Assembly (NCBI GenBank): GCA_951406725.2 | Contig: OX597824.1 | Coordinates: 4,774,001-4,838,000, forward strand | Reading direction: 5' to 3' | Length of the DNA: 64,000 bases | From: Octopus vulgaris | Lineage: Eukaryota | Shown: one piece after another, positions 1 through 11,225 of the stretch | How the letters are laid out: each line of letters starts with the position of its first letter | Position numbering within the stretch: the first letter of the stretch is position 1 | Program-made: the position numbers and the translations under genes | The notes under the pieces: model-generated | Databases searched by the model: none | Seen by the model: only the letters and a program-made list of their open reading frames with translations | What the model was told of the DNA's origin: nothing

Positions 1-254
1 AAAACAGCAAAAATTCCTGAGAGACGTGGTTTAGGATTATACACTTCACAATCAATATTGCACTTGCTTACATAACCAATATCTACATAGTAACTTCAAT
101 AAAGATTCAGGTGAGATTAGAACAAACTAGTAAGCATAGAAGAAGTGAGCCTGCACATTTATTTAACAGAAATTTGATTACTAATAACTTAGTAATTTCT
201 CAATTAACAGACACTGAATACAAATAACAACATAAAAGTTAAGGTGATATACAG

Positions 255-424
255 GTGCCGACATGGCTGTGTGGTAAGACGTTTGCTTCCCAGCCACATG
301 GTTCTGAGTTCAATCCCACTGTGTGGCACCTTGGGTAAATGTCTTCTACTATAGCCTCTGGCTGACCAAAGCCTTGTTAGTGTATTTGGTAGATGGAAAC
401 TGAAAGAAGCCTGTCATGTATATA

Positions 425-476
<52 letters not shown>

Positions 477-698
477 CATGCGTGTGTGTGTATGTCTTTG
501 TGTCTGCGTTTGTCCCCCTACTATCGCTTGACAACTGATGTTCGTGTATTTATGTCACCCGAAATTTAGCGGTTTGGCATAAGAGACTGATAGAATAAGT
601 GCTAGGCTTACAAAGAATAAGTCCTGGTGTCGATTTCTTCGACTAAAGGTGGTGCTCCAGCATGGCCGTAGTCAAATGACTGAAAAGAGTAAAAGAGT
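255..698 (+). mobile_element. tRNA-headed SINE, family A (CORE-like, resembles octopus OR-type SINEs)
   Basis: A-box-like TGGCTGTGTGG and B-box-like GAGTTCAATCC. CORE-like GGCACCTTGGGTAAATGTCTT, internal (TG)n, tail GTCAAATGACTGAAA. The same body recurs many times in the window. Confidence 0.85.
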
Positions 699-1711
699 AT
701 CTGCCAGCTGTTTCAGCCACTTGTACCTCAATATGTGGAATCAGGGATAAAGTTAAACTCAGTTGCATAAACCTCAATTAATTCTTTGACAGTCACAATG
801 ATAATATTATTTTACTGGTTTCACACATTGGACTGTTGCTAGAGTGGAGCTTTGAAGTTTTAACTTATTATGTCTTTGACTGGCAATTATGGACAGTGAC
901 CATCCATCCAATGCATGCCAACATGGAAATGAATGATGACAATAACAGCAATGATGTGTGTGTATGAGGAGGAGAATGGAAAATGATTTGCTACGGGGGT
1001 TTAAAGGATGTAATATCTTAATAGCAAAATGAAAAGTTGCAAGTACAACATTATTTTCTCAAATATATATATATGTGTGTGTGTGTGTGTGAATGCATAT
1101 GTCGGTGCTATTTAGTAGACATAAGAACAGCAACTGGTCAAATCTATGAAAGAATCAAACTGTTGTCCAAAGAGCTGATGGCTTATGGTTTATATTCTGT
1201 CATCATCTCTGAACTGTGTTTGTGCTTACGACACCAAACGATCATTGGCTTAATTCAGCTGGCTGTACTTCAGTAACCAAATCAAGCTCAATCTTTGTTA
1301 TAAAGAGCAAGAGCACTATATAATTAATGATTATTTCATTAACTTCATTACCCAAGTCCAAGCCCTTATAAGGATCTGACTGATGATGAAAGCATTCACA
1401 CAGGAGCCCAACAGACTAAAGTTGAGCATATCTGAATGTGTATTTCCATATAAACTGATTTTTACCATTTTAAACATTTTTGATAGTTAATGTTCTACTT
1501 AAGCTTGTTAAATTAATGAAGCTTATACAGCTTCAGATCTATGGTTACGGTAAATACAAAAATGAAGATACTTCATCTAAAAACAGATCAGGTTTCACAA
1601 TAATTTGGAAGAATCGAAAAATGAAAACACCCCAATGGTTTTTCTTTCGTTAATTCTTTTCATTTGTTTATGTATAGGTATATATATATCAGAGTGTGTA
1701 TTTAAATATAT

Positions 1712-1747
<36 letters not shown>

Positions 1748-1752
<5 letters not shown>

Positions 1753-2002
1753 TTATCATTATTTAACATCTGTTGTCCATTCTGGCATGGGTTGGACAGT
1801 TTGACCAGGGCTGCACCGGACTCCAGTCTGGTTTGGCACGGTTTTCTATGGTTGCATGCCCTTCCAAATGCCAACCACTCTGAGAGTGTAATGTGTGTTT
1901 TTACATGCCACCAACATGGGTGCCATTTGCATAACACCAGTATCTGCCACGACTGCAATTTTGCTCAGTTTGACGGGTCTTCTTGTCAAGCACAGTATAA
2001 TG

Positions 2003-2005
<3 letters not shown>
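1748..2005 (-). mobile_element. RTE-tailed non-autonomous retroposon, family B
   Basis: Reverse complement of GGAAGGGCATCCAGC...CAACCCATGCCAG...GTTAAA(TGA)n, inserted in (TA)n. Confidence 0.8.
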
Positions 2006-2069
<64 letters not shown>

Positions 2070-2158
2070 CACAAATGTCATTCGACAATATCTTTTATGA
2101 ACTCAAATACTAACAAGATGATCATTATTTCAAACCTTACTGATTTACACCTAGCTTT

Positions 2159-2353
2159 GTAGCTTTGAAAAAAGCTGATAACTCTGCTTGCCATAGTCTA
2201 CTAAAACACACTTCAGAGGTGAGAAATTAGCAGCAGAAAGGGCATCCAGTTATAAATAAAGACAAAAACACTTCCTGAAGCAAATTGTAAATTCTAAAAT
2301 TTGTCAAAAACTATCAATCCCATGAAAACAAAGAAACACTATTGGAAAGAAGT
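2159..2353. repeat. Local duplication source, copied at 3424-3570 and 3699-3776
   Basis: 2159-2236 matches 3699-3776; 2207-2353 matches 3424-3570 with a few substitutions. Confidence 0.9.
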
Positions 2354-3016
2354 GAAGAAAAAAAAAAAAATAATAATAATAATAAACAGAATAGAAGAAT
2401 GAATTTATGAATCTGCAACTATTTGACAGTTTGTGAGAGTGTATGCCCTGTCATATGTTTCTCCTACTTCATTGCGCTTGTAAAATATCTTTAATGTCAT
2501 TGCACATATATTAGAATTTGAACTTATACAAGATAGTTTTACAACACTTCACTACTAATTTGTTAATTTCTGTTAATAGTACAGAAATAATGGAAATCAT
2601 AGTATTTGGAATTCTGGCAACTAAAGGCCAGACTTTTGACATTTAATTTCTTCAGGAACAACCACCAAGGTATAGGCTGACATTTGATTCACCCATAAAC
2701 AATATACTACAAAAAACGGAATTTTACAATTTAAAGTTTTTCTTTATAAAAAAAAATTAAGATGTAATTAATTACTAAGATTTACTTCATATATAATTCA
2801 GTTTGGAGGGATGTATTATCTGGGCAGGGACCATGTTAGTTCTCAGTCGTATTCCAGATGCTGGCTAACAACAATGGTCAGTATCCAATGTTTGTGTCCA
2901 CAATTATTTGTTAGTCACTCAGGGAATTCATCCATTGGGTAATTCCATGTCACACGCTGGACTGTAAAGGCTACCGAGTGTATATAGCAATATTCACTTC
3001 AAAGAAAACAAAATGG

Positions 3017-3108
3017 ATGGACCCTGATGAAACTGCACCGACAATAATGCAAGGTTGCATCATCTGCTACAGTGAGTAGTCGGTGCAGTGGAAACACGTG
3101 TAGGTCAT
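3017..3108 (+). ncRNA. Type I hammerhead ribozyme motif with extended stem II
   Basis: Stem I GACC 3020-23 / GGTC 3103-06. CTGATGA at 3024-30. Stem II ACTGCACCGAC 3032-42 / GTCGGTGCAGT 3079-89 (11 bp). GAAA at 3091-94, palindromic ACACGTGT stem III, GTA triplet at 3100-02. Confidence 0.85.
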
Positions 3109-3176
3109 TGTAATATGCTGTAAATAAATTTTGTAGATATACAAGACTCTCTCTCTATATATATATATATATAGAT

Positions 3177-3362
3177 ATCATCATCATCATCATTTAACGT
3201 TGGGAAGCCAGGAGGCTGCGCCAGGCTCCAGTTGGATGTGGCAGTGTTTCTACAACTGGATGCCCTTCCTAACGCCAACCACTCTGTGAGTGCAGTGGGT
3301 ACTTTTTATATTCCACCAGCACAGGGGCCAGAGGAGGCTGGCAAACAGTCACGATCGGTTGG
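3177..3362 (-). mobile_element. Family B RTE-tailed retroposon
   Basis: (CAT)n TTAACGT...TGGATGCCCTTCCTAACGCCAACCAC. Confidence 0.85.
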
Positions 3363-3874
3363 TATATATATATATATATAGTTGAATGAATTATCTTGTT
3401 AAGGATAATTCATTTAACCGATACACACTTCAGAGGTGAGAAATTAGCAACAGAAAGGGCATCCAGTTATAAATAAAGACAAAAACGCTTCCTGAAGCAA
3501 ATTGCAAATTTTTAAATTTGTCAAAAACTATCGATCCTATAAAAACAAGGAAACACTGTTGGAAAGAAGTCTCCATATATATATTATATATTCTTTTATT
3601 TTATATCCATTTTTTCCATCCAAGATTGCGTTAGTTGAATGCATTTTATTGGAAATCATTTCAAAGCTAGATGCACTTCGTGCCACTAACTTTTGCATGT
3701 AGCTTTGAAAAAAGCTGATAACTCTGCTTGCCATAGTCTACTAAAACACACTTCAGAGGTGAGAAATTAGCAGCAGCTAGTGGCTGGTCTGTTTACAGAA
3801 AATTACAACTTCATTGCATGTAGCTCAGCATGTTTTTTATCATTTAAGTGCAGAATGTAAACATTCACACTGAC

Positions 3875-3926
3875 AAACATACATGTAGACACACCACACA
3901 CACAAGGAATTATCCATATATATATT

Positions 3927-3984
<58 letters not shown>

Positions 3985-4180
3985 ATCATCATGTATCATT
4001 GTTTCATTTAACGTCCGCTTTCCATGCTAGCATGGGTTGGACGAGTTGAAGACAGTAAGAAGTCTCCAAACCAGATGGAATGATTGAGATATTGCTCAGT
4101 TGGAGCAACAACTTGATCACATCAATAAAACATACATGTAGACACACACACACACACAAGGAATTATGCATATATATATT

Positions 4181-4219
<39 letters not shown>

Positions 4220-4358
4220 TCATCATTATCATCATTTAACGTCCGCTTTCCATGCTAGCATGGGTTGGACGAGTTGAAGACAGTAAGAAGTCTCCAAACC
4301 AGATGGAATGATTGAGATATTGCTCAGCTGGAGCAACAACTTGATCACATCAATAAAA
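3875..4358. repeat. Tandem duplication of two ~230-250 bp units
   Basis: Units start at 3875 and 4128 (AAACATACATGTAGACAC...GATCACATCAATAAAA). They are nearly identical except for (TA)n length. Confidence 0.9.
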
Positions 4359-4651
4359 GAAGTAGACCTTGCACAAAGTGTGATAAATGCTAGTTCAGAA
4401 CATATATATATATAAATATAGTGATACCAATATTCTACATGAAAATTTGAAGACAATTTCATGTTAAGTTGTTTCACTTTGCAGTACCTATTTAGAGAAG
4501 GAAGTAGAATGGCCAGCTAAGATTTAGGTGTGTGTCCACAAAGACAACACAGTGCTAGACATCACCCACCAACTTATTGATCAGTTGTGTAACCTTTAGT
4601 TATTTCATACTGTTTTATTCATTGATATTGTTGTATGTGTATATCCTTATG

Positions 4652-4693
<42 letters not shown>

Positions 4694-5737
4694 ATATGAA
4701 ACATGTCCTGGTTTTTAGGAAAGGTGTATAATGTGCTTATTTGTCATAAGAAGTGAGTAAAAGGGGTTGGTTTCATGAAGAGCATCTGGCAGTAAAGTAC
4801 AACCAGAAGCTGAATGAAACAGGTGTACTTGCACAAAGGCATTAAGAACATCAGGAAAGAAATTTTTAAAAGGTACAATAAAATCACACCAGTTTAATTA
4901 CTTCTGGGATCTTACATATTGTATAGTTGTCAATATCTATAATGAAGGTGATAATTTTGCACATATCCCAACTTAATTACTGAAATATAAAACATGTGCT
5001 ATTGTAACTTTTGACAACAACTGAATTTATATTTGACTTTAATTCTACTAGAAATAGATACCAAAAACCTTTATGTCAGACCTACACCTATACCCTATCT
5101 GCCTATATAGCTATCTCTGTATTTTATTTTTTTTAATTAATTGTTGGGCTGTCTATTAGTGAGATAAAATGCAGAATCCCTTTCAAAAACCACATAAGGA
5201 AAAGAAGTGGGGAAAGAGAGAGAGTTTAAGAGATAAAAGTATGTGAGAAAAAGGTAACTAAATAAGGTGAGGAAAGCAGACAAGAGAGAAATAACTAGAG
5301 AAGAATAATAGAGCAAGATCAGATGAAAGACACAAGGAGGGAGTAGATATAAGGAAACAAAATTGGTGATATAGAATTAGATACATAGAAAGATCAGGAG
5401 AGATTCAAACCTTTTCAATAAGTGAGAGTGCAAAGTGATGCTGGCTCTAGTTTTCATTTAAACAATAAATAACCTTTTCAGTTTTGACATTAAGAACTTT
5501 CAAGTGATTTCTACAGAAGCTTCTACATCTAGATGCACAAGTTGTCTGTGTATATTGAGAAACTCCTGCGAAAATCAGATTTTTATGGAAATTCTTGGAT
5601 CAGCCACATATACATTTAAACTGTATCAAATAACAAAGGGGCTTTTCGTATGTCAGCTGAAGAGTAGCCAGTCTGCTTAATGGTAGCAACTGAGTGTTAC
5701 TCACTGTTAACTTTACTGTTTAAAATGGGGGACCCTT

Positions 5738-5968
5738 TTAACCCTTTAGCATTTAAGCCAGTCATATCTGGCCTAAATATTCTCTCTGTTTATGTCCAAA
5801 CTGGCTAAATCTGCTCCCCCACCTCACCTATTCTGCAAGGTCATTCAAAAAATAAACAACAACAACATTTAATTCTTGAAGCTATAAGGTTATTCATGAT
5901 TAATTCAAAACAAAGTGAATAAAAAAAGTATTACATTTCATAGAATTATCTGAATATTAAAAGATTAA
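5738..5968. mobile_element. piggyBac-type MITE, decayed
   Basis: TTAA-CCCTTTAG start; body is homologous (inverted) to 51051-51271. Confidence 0.65.
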
Positions 5969-6233
5969 AGATATAAGATCTTGATGGCAGACAGTAGCGC
6001 CATGACTACTATATGATGCTAAAACAATTTGTTCCCAGTTATTTCGTTGTCAGTTAATTTTTCCCCAGTCAATTTGTCATTGTTCAATTCATCCCCAGGT
6101 CAATTCATTGCGGGCCAATTTGTCCCAAAATACTCTTAAATATGATTTTTGAAGGAAAGTTTAAAACAATCACTATAAAATTAAAATTGTCATTGGACAG
6201 TTTTAGATACATTTTACTTTTCTTTAACCCCTG

Positions 6234-6316
<83 letters not shown>

Positions 6317-6407
6317 TCTCTCTCTTAAGTATCTGAACTGAACAGTTTACAAACAAAGTTTTTCAAGCAAATCAAATTAAATTTATTCCATACATCTACC
6401 CATCAAC

Positions 6408-7445
6408 ATGACTACCTGCAAGATCATAACTTTAGAGAAAGAAAAAATCAAAGTGGTCGATCAAGAAAATTATATATACATAAAAAGCGGAATGCAGATG
6501 GATTGAAGATATACTGGAGGTGCGAAAATCGTATGTGCAAGGCGAGACTTCAAACAGATGAAAATTATAAACAGCTTAAGAAGATTAGGATCCATAATCA
6601 CGCTTCAACTGCAGAGGTAAATGCAAGGATAATAGTTTCAAATATTAAAGTAAAGGCTATTTCATCTCGTGATGCCCCTCACTCAATTATTGCTAGTGAA
6701 GTTCAGAACTTAAACGACTGTACATTGTCACAAATGCCTCTGTTTTCACAGCTTAATAGGAATATCAGACGTTGGAGGCAAGCTGATTTCATCTATCCTG
6801 CCACCCCACATACAAATGTTGGGTTTTCCATTCCAAGTGAATATTCCTACCCTGACAACGATGAAATGTTTTTACAGTATGACAGCGGGATGGATGATTC
6901 AAAATAAATACTAATATTTGCAAGTGACAAAGCACTTCGATGGTTAAAACAGCACAAGAACTGGGTGGCAAATGGAACATTTAAGTGCTGCTCTAGTAGA
7001 TCTTTTTTTTTATATGCTTCACATTCAAATTGCTAATTTTAATGCCCCAGGATTGTTTGCATTGCTCTCTGACAAAAGTCAAGATACATACAGTAGAATT
7101 TCTGTTGAAATAAATGAATTACTGCAGAATGAGGGACCTGATGATAATTATGGATTTTGAAAAAGCAGCCTGTAATAGATTTCTGGAATCATTTCCTGGG
7201 TCGAATTTGGCATGCTGCTTGTTTCATTTAGTACAAAATGTGTACAAGTATGTTGTGCAAGGACTAAAATACAGATATCACAAAGATGACAGTTTTAGTC
7301 TAAAAATGTAGTGTTTTTTTTTTTGCCCTTGCCTTCCTGCCAGTTGATGATGATGTTGATGGATATGTGCAACTTGTAGATGATGATGATATTCCACAGT
7401 CAATTGCATCCTATTTTGAAAATAATTATATAGGACCACCTAGAG
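6408..7445 (+). pseudogene. FLYWCH-MULE transposase, 5' part (frameshifts and stops)
   Basis: YWRCENRMCKARL...HNH (FLYWCH), NGTF (DGTF-like), IMDFEKA...CLFHLVQ (MULE D and CxxH motifs), YFENNYIG. Confidence 0.85.
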
Positions 7446-7543
7446 CAGTGGTTGCTAACCTGTGGTCTGCAGTCTGGTGGTTTGCAAAGGTAGTACTGGG
7501 GGTCCGTGAACTAAATTCAAAATTTCATATATATATATATATA

Positions 7544-7692
7544 TGGCGTTAGGAAGGGCATCCAGCTGTAGAAAATCTGCCAAATCAAGACTGGAGCCTG
7601 GAGCAGCCATCTGGTTCGCCAGACCTCAGTCAAAATCGTCCAACCCATGCTAGCATGGAAAGCAGACATTAAACGATGATGATGATGATGAT
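7544..7692 (+). mobile_element. Family B RTE-tailed retroposon, 5' truncated
   Basis: TGGCGTTAGGAAGGGCATCCAGCTGTAG...CATGGAAAGCAGACATTAAAC(GAT)n. Confidence 0.85.
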
Positions 7693-7702
7693 ATATATAT
7701 AT

Positions 7703-8453
7703 CATCTCTACTCCTGCAACTCAACTTGATTTCGAGCCGGGTCATCTGCTGCTGGAGAGGACCGATCAGGTAAAGGACCTGGGTATCTTGGTGGATTCCT
7801 CCTTTTCGCCTTCGGCCCAGTGCGTCCATGCTGCCAACAAAGCATGCGGAATTCTGTTCTTGATTCGACGGTCATTCGGAATGCTCACAGCAGCCATATT
7901 CCTACCACTCTATGTCACGCTGGTGAGACCCATATTGGAGTATGGGATTCAAGCCTCTTCTCCTTATCTCCTCAAAGACATACAGCATCTCGAAAGAGTC
8001 CAGAAGCTGGCTACCCGCATGGTTCATGGTCTCAAAAATTTGTCCTACGAAGAAAGGCTGAGGACGCTCGACCTTTATTCTCTTGAAAAATGCCGCCACC
8101 GTGGTGATCTCATTCTCGCCCACAACATCATAAGCGGAAAGTGTAACCTCTCGAAAGAGCTGTTCTTCACTCCTGCTCCGGAGCGTCGGCTGCGGGGTCA
8201 TTCCGAAAAGCTCTACCTGCGACGATTTCATCTCAATCGAAGGAGAGGAGCTTTCTCCGTCCGGGTTGCGGATCCGTGGAACAAGCTGCCAGACGAGATG
8301 GTAAAGATGCCGACGACCGCTTTGTTCAAAGCCTCCCTGGACCTCAAGTGGCCTGAACTCTTTACATGAACACCACCCTGTACTTAACTCCATGTCCCCC
8401 TACATGGCCTTGCTATTTGCTTTTGAGCCAAATTAACTAACTAACTAACTAAC
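7703..8453 (+). mobile_element. CR1-clade LINE 3' fragment (ORF2 C-terminus open 7704-8369)
   Basis: KDLG, LYVTLVRPILEY, LERVQKLATR, LSYEERL..L.LYSLE..R.RGDLI, RGH..KL, WNKLP motifs; (TAAC)n tail. Confidence 0.9.
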
Positions 8454-8576
8454 ATATATACACACACACACACACACACATAAGGATAAGCATATTAAAT
8501 GGGGTCGATGGGAAATCTCATTTAAATAAAATGGTTGGGAACCACTGTGGAAAGGTTGGAAATAACTGACCAAGAG

Positions 8577-8930
8577 GAAGCAGACAGAGGAGGTGACACC
8601 TTTAACTTCCTTTTCCATTACTTATATGGAATGTTTGGGATCGATGTATGGCGGAGATTGCTTGTACTACAAATAATTTAGAAGCCTACCAAGGCACGCT
8701 GAAAAATACGGTGAATATGAGTCATCCAAATATTTGGAAACTTATTGATGTGATTAAATGTGAGGAAAGCTTTGCCAGTACCAAACTGCAGAGGTTTATG
8801 CAAGAAGAACCAAACCAAAAGAAAAATACAGAGATATGAATCTGCATTTTAAAAAATGTCGCAGAAAAATATGAACCAAGCCAAAGAAATATTTTTCTAA
8901 AAACAATTGTAAACAATCTTAGATTTTAAG
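8577..8930 (+). pseudogene. MULE transposase, 3' part
   Basis: FPLLIWNVWDR...TTNNLEAYQ (RTNN..E motif) and HPNIWKLIDVIK resume after the hAT insertion. Confidence 0.8.
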
Positions 8931-10001
8931 AAAAAATAAATATGTAATACAGCAACGAATTGACTGATGATGAACTGACCTGGGGACAAACTGACCAATG
9001 ACAAATTGACTGGAGGCAAATTAAATGACAAGTTGCTGTCGAGGAATTGACCAAACACCCTTCTAAATATATATAAAACATCCATCAACATGTGTGATCC
9101 AAATACAAGTTGTAGTCAATAGAGAGAGAGGACATGTTATAAGATCTAAGTTTTAAGACAGTATACTCTTTCACAAGAAAACTGGGTTTAGCTAAAAATA
9201 CTGATTGAAGGCTTCTTTCAGTTAATTACACCCATGGGACACCAATAACAGCAAATGAGAGGGTGACTGAAGGAAAGGAAATAAGGCTGTACAAGTGATA
9301 AACAACATTCTTTCTACAAGACAATGAAGACAATCAATAGAATCAACATCAGTAATGTAGCAGAAGATTTTTGTTTTTTCCAACTTAAATGAATGACTAA
9401 ACACAAACCCTGAGAGGATTTGAATTAGATACCACAAGGCATGAAGTTCAACTGTCACACTAGCATTAACTATAATACAAATATCTCTCTTAGGTACAGC
9501 TCACAATGTTCACAAAACACTTTCTATTCAATAGTATGGTTCATGTGGTATCCTTTCTGCACAGTCATCTTAATACCATCACACAACTATCACTGCTAAA
9601 CACAGAACAAACACTACATAATCACTGCTAAATACTGTAACACAAGATGGAAAAAATACTTGAGTAAAACCTGAACACTAAAACAGATTTTACAATTAAA
9701 CAAATTAACCACAACATGTAAACACCATTTCATACCACCAAAAGAAAATACACTTCCGGAGGATGAAGCTGCACCTGGAGGTACAGCAGAAGCTTGCATG
9801 AAATTGTTGGAAGCAATAATAATAATGACTTTGGTTTAAAGCTAAAAAATTTGTGGGCAAAGAGTATAATTGACTTAAACACATTCCTGATAACAACTGT
9901 AGAGGACTGAAAAGTAAAAATGTAAACTGGAAATCCAAAAAAGAGTTAACCCTTTCTACATTATTTACATTTAATGGATATTTGTCCTCATCTTTTTTGT
10001 T

Positions 10002-10047
10002 AACACAACTTTTCAGCTGATATACCCTCCAGTCTTCATCAGGTGTC
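10002..10047 (-). ncRNA. Minimal type I hammerhead motif, decayed (left arm)
   Basis: Minus strand reads GACAC CTGATGA A GACTGG AGGGTATA TCAGCT GAAA AGTT GTGTT. Confidence 0.65.
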
Positions 10048-10263
10048 TTGGGAAAATTTCAAACTTGGGTTCTCCTTCCTAAGGTATTTTTCAATGTTGT
10101 TGTTGTTATTGTTATTATCATTATTATTCAGGTCACTAACCCCAAAATGCCGAGTTCAATTACAGGCAGTGACCTAAATAATAATAATAATAATAAAAAA
10201 AATGATAATAATAACATCGAAAAATACCTTAGGAATGAGAACCCAGGTTCAAAATTTCCCCAA

Positions 10264-10309
10264 GACACCTGATGAAGGCTGGAGGGTATACCAGCCGAAA
10301 CATTGTGTT
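10264..10309 (+). ncRNA. Minimal type I hammerhead motif (right arm)
   Basis: GACAC CTGATGA A GGCTGG AGGGTATA CCAGCC GAAA C ATT GTGTT: 5-bp stem I and 6-bp stem II. Confidence 0.8.
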
Positions 10310-10360
10310 AACAAACAAGGTGAGGACAAATATCCGTTAAATGTAAATAATGTGTATTAA

Positions 10361-10575
10361 CCCTTTCCTTACTGTATTTATTTTGAGATGCTCTGTGTTT
10401 CTTTCAATTACTTTAAATATAACAAAGAATTTAGTAAAATAACTTTAGTTATCATTCAGCTAGTGTTAGGAACACAAATTGTGACTAAGTGGAAGATTTT
10501 AAATCAAAATTTATGTAAACAAGACATTTGTACACTGAGCCAAAGCTGGTTTAAGCCAGGTTGGTAACGAAAGGG
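10361..10575. mobile_element. piggyBac-type MITE
   Basis: TTAA-CCCTTTC.TTAC...GTAACGAAAGGG-TTAA. Confidence 0.8.
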
Positions 10576-10809
10576 TTAAAACGCATATAATCCTGTTACA
10601 GCTACAGCTATTTACAAAGCTTACTGTTGCTGCTACCGCTACCATTACTACTATCTGCTATCACCACCATCACTATTAGCACTATTAATAATTTCTCACA
10701 TAGGGACAGGGCCCCATGTAGTAAAGAAGTGGTGCAGTAGATTGCTACAGTTGATACTTATTTTATCAATCTCAGAGGGAAAAAAAAAGCATAACCTCAG
10801 CTTTAATAC

Positions 10810-10997
10810 TGGTCTCAAATTTTGGCACAAGGCCAGCAATTTCAGGGGCGGGGAAAGTCGATTACATTGACCCCAGTTCTCAACTGTACTTATTTTATTG
10901 ACCCTGAAAGAATGAAAGGCAAAGTTGACCTCGGTGAATCTGAACTCAGAACATAAAGATGGATGAAATGCTGCTAACGATTTAGCCAGCTCATCAC
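10810..10997 (-). mobile_element. tRNA-headed SINE, family C (Meta/MESC-like central domain, from memory)
   Basis: Reverse complement of GAGTTCA...GAGGTCAACTTTGCCTTTCAT...GGGTCAATAAAATAAGTAC; multiple copies in the window. Confidence 0.8.
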
Positions 10998-11040
10998 TTT
11001 ATATCTCAGCTTTAATATCAATGAGGCCCTAAACAAGAAG

Positions 11041-11225
11041 AATTGTTAGCAGGCTGGGGAAAATGCTTCGCAGAATTTCATCCATTTTCATTCTCTGAGT
11101 TCAAATTCCACTGAGGTCAACTTTACCTTTCATCCTGCTGGGGTCAATAAAATATGGGGTCGATGTAATCAACTTACCTGCTTCTCTGAAATTGCTGGCC
11201 TTATGCCAAAATTTGAAACTAATAT
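11041..11225 (+). mobile_element. SINE family C
   Basis: GAGTTCAAATTCC B box and GAGGTCAACTTTACCTTTCATCC; inverted relative to 10810-10997. Confidence 0.8.

Larger units (their letters stand above)
7446..8568. mobile_element. hAT-type MITE inserted in the MULE ORF, itself carrying nested retroelements
   Basis: TIR CAGTGGTTGCTAACC...AGGTTGGAAATAACTG. 8-bp TSD ACCTAGAG 7438-45 / ACCAAGAG 8569-76. Confidence 0.75.
6024..9060 (+). mobile_element. MULE (Mutator-like, FLYWCH-type) DNA transposon, defective
   Basis: ~15-bp subterminal repeats (GTCAATTTGTCCCCAG-like) at 6024-6128 are inverted relative to those at 8950-9055 and enclose a transposase pseudogene. Confidence 0.8.
9957..10356. mobile_element. 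Palindromic tRNA-head/hammerhead retroelement, copy 1
   Basis: Inverted arms ~9957-10137 and ~10168-10353 flank a truncated tRNA-like head with B-box GAGTTCAATT. 11-bp TSD TTAACCCTTTC at 9946-56 and 10357-67. Confidence 0.85.

Noticed and set aside
7902-8393. 163-aa minus-strand ORF
   Set aside because: Antisense shadow of the CR1 ORF2 fragment.
8960-8980. CTGATGA hits at ~1380, ~8964, ~13707, ~22487, ~28919 and ~41859 as hammerheads
   Set aside because: No stem II plus GAAA plus UH arrangement; two lie in Tc1 TDE/SDE codons and one in MULE repeats.
10048-10272. Recurrent peptide EKYLRNENPGSKFP in several ORFs
   Set aside because: Comes from the non-coding HHR element arms; frames differ between copies.
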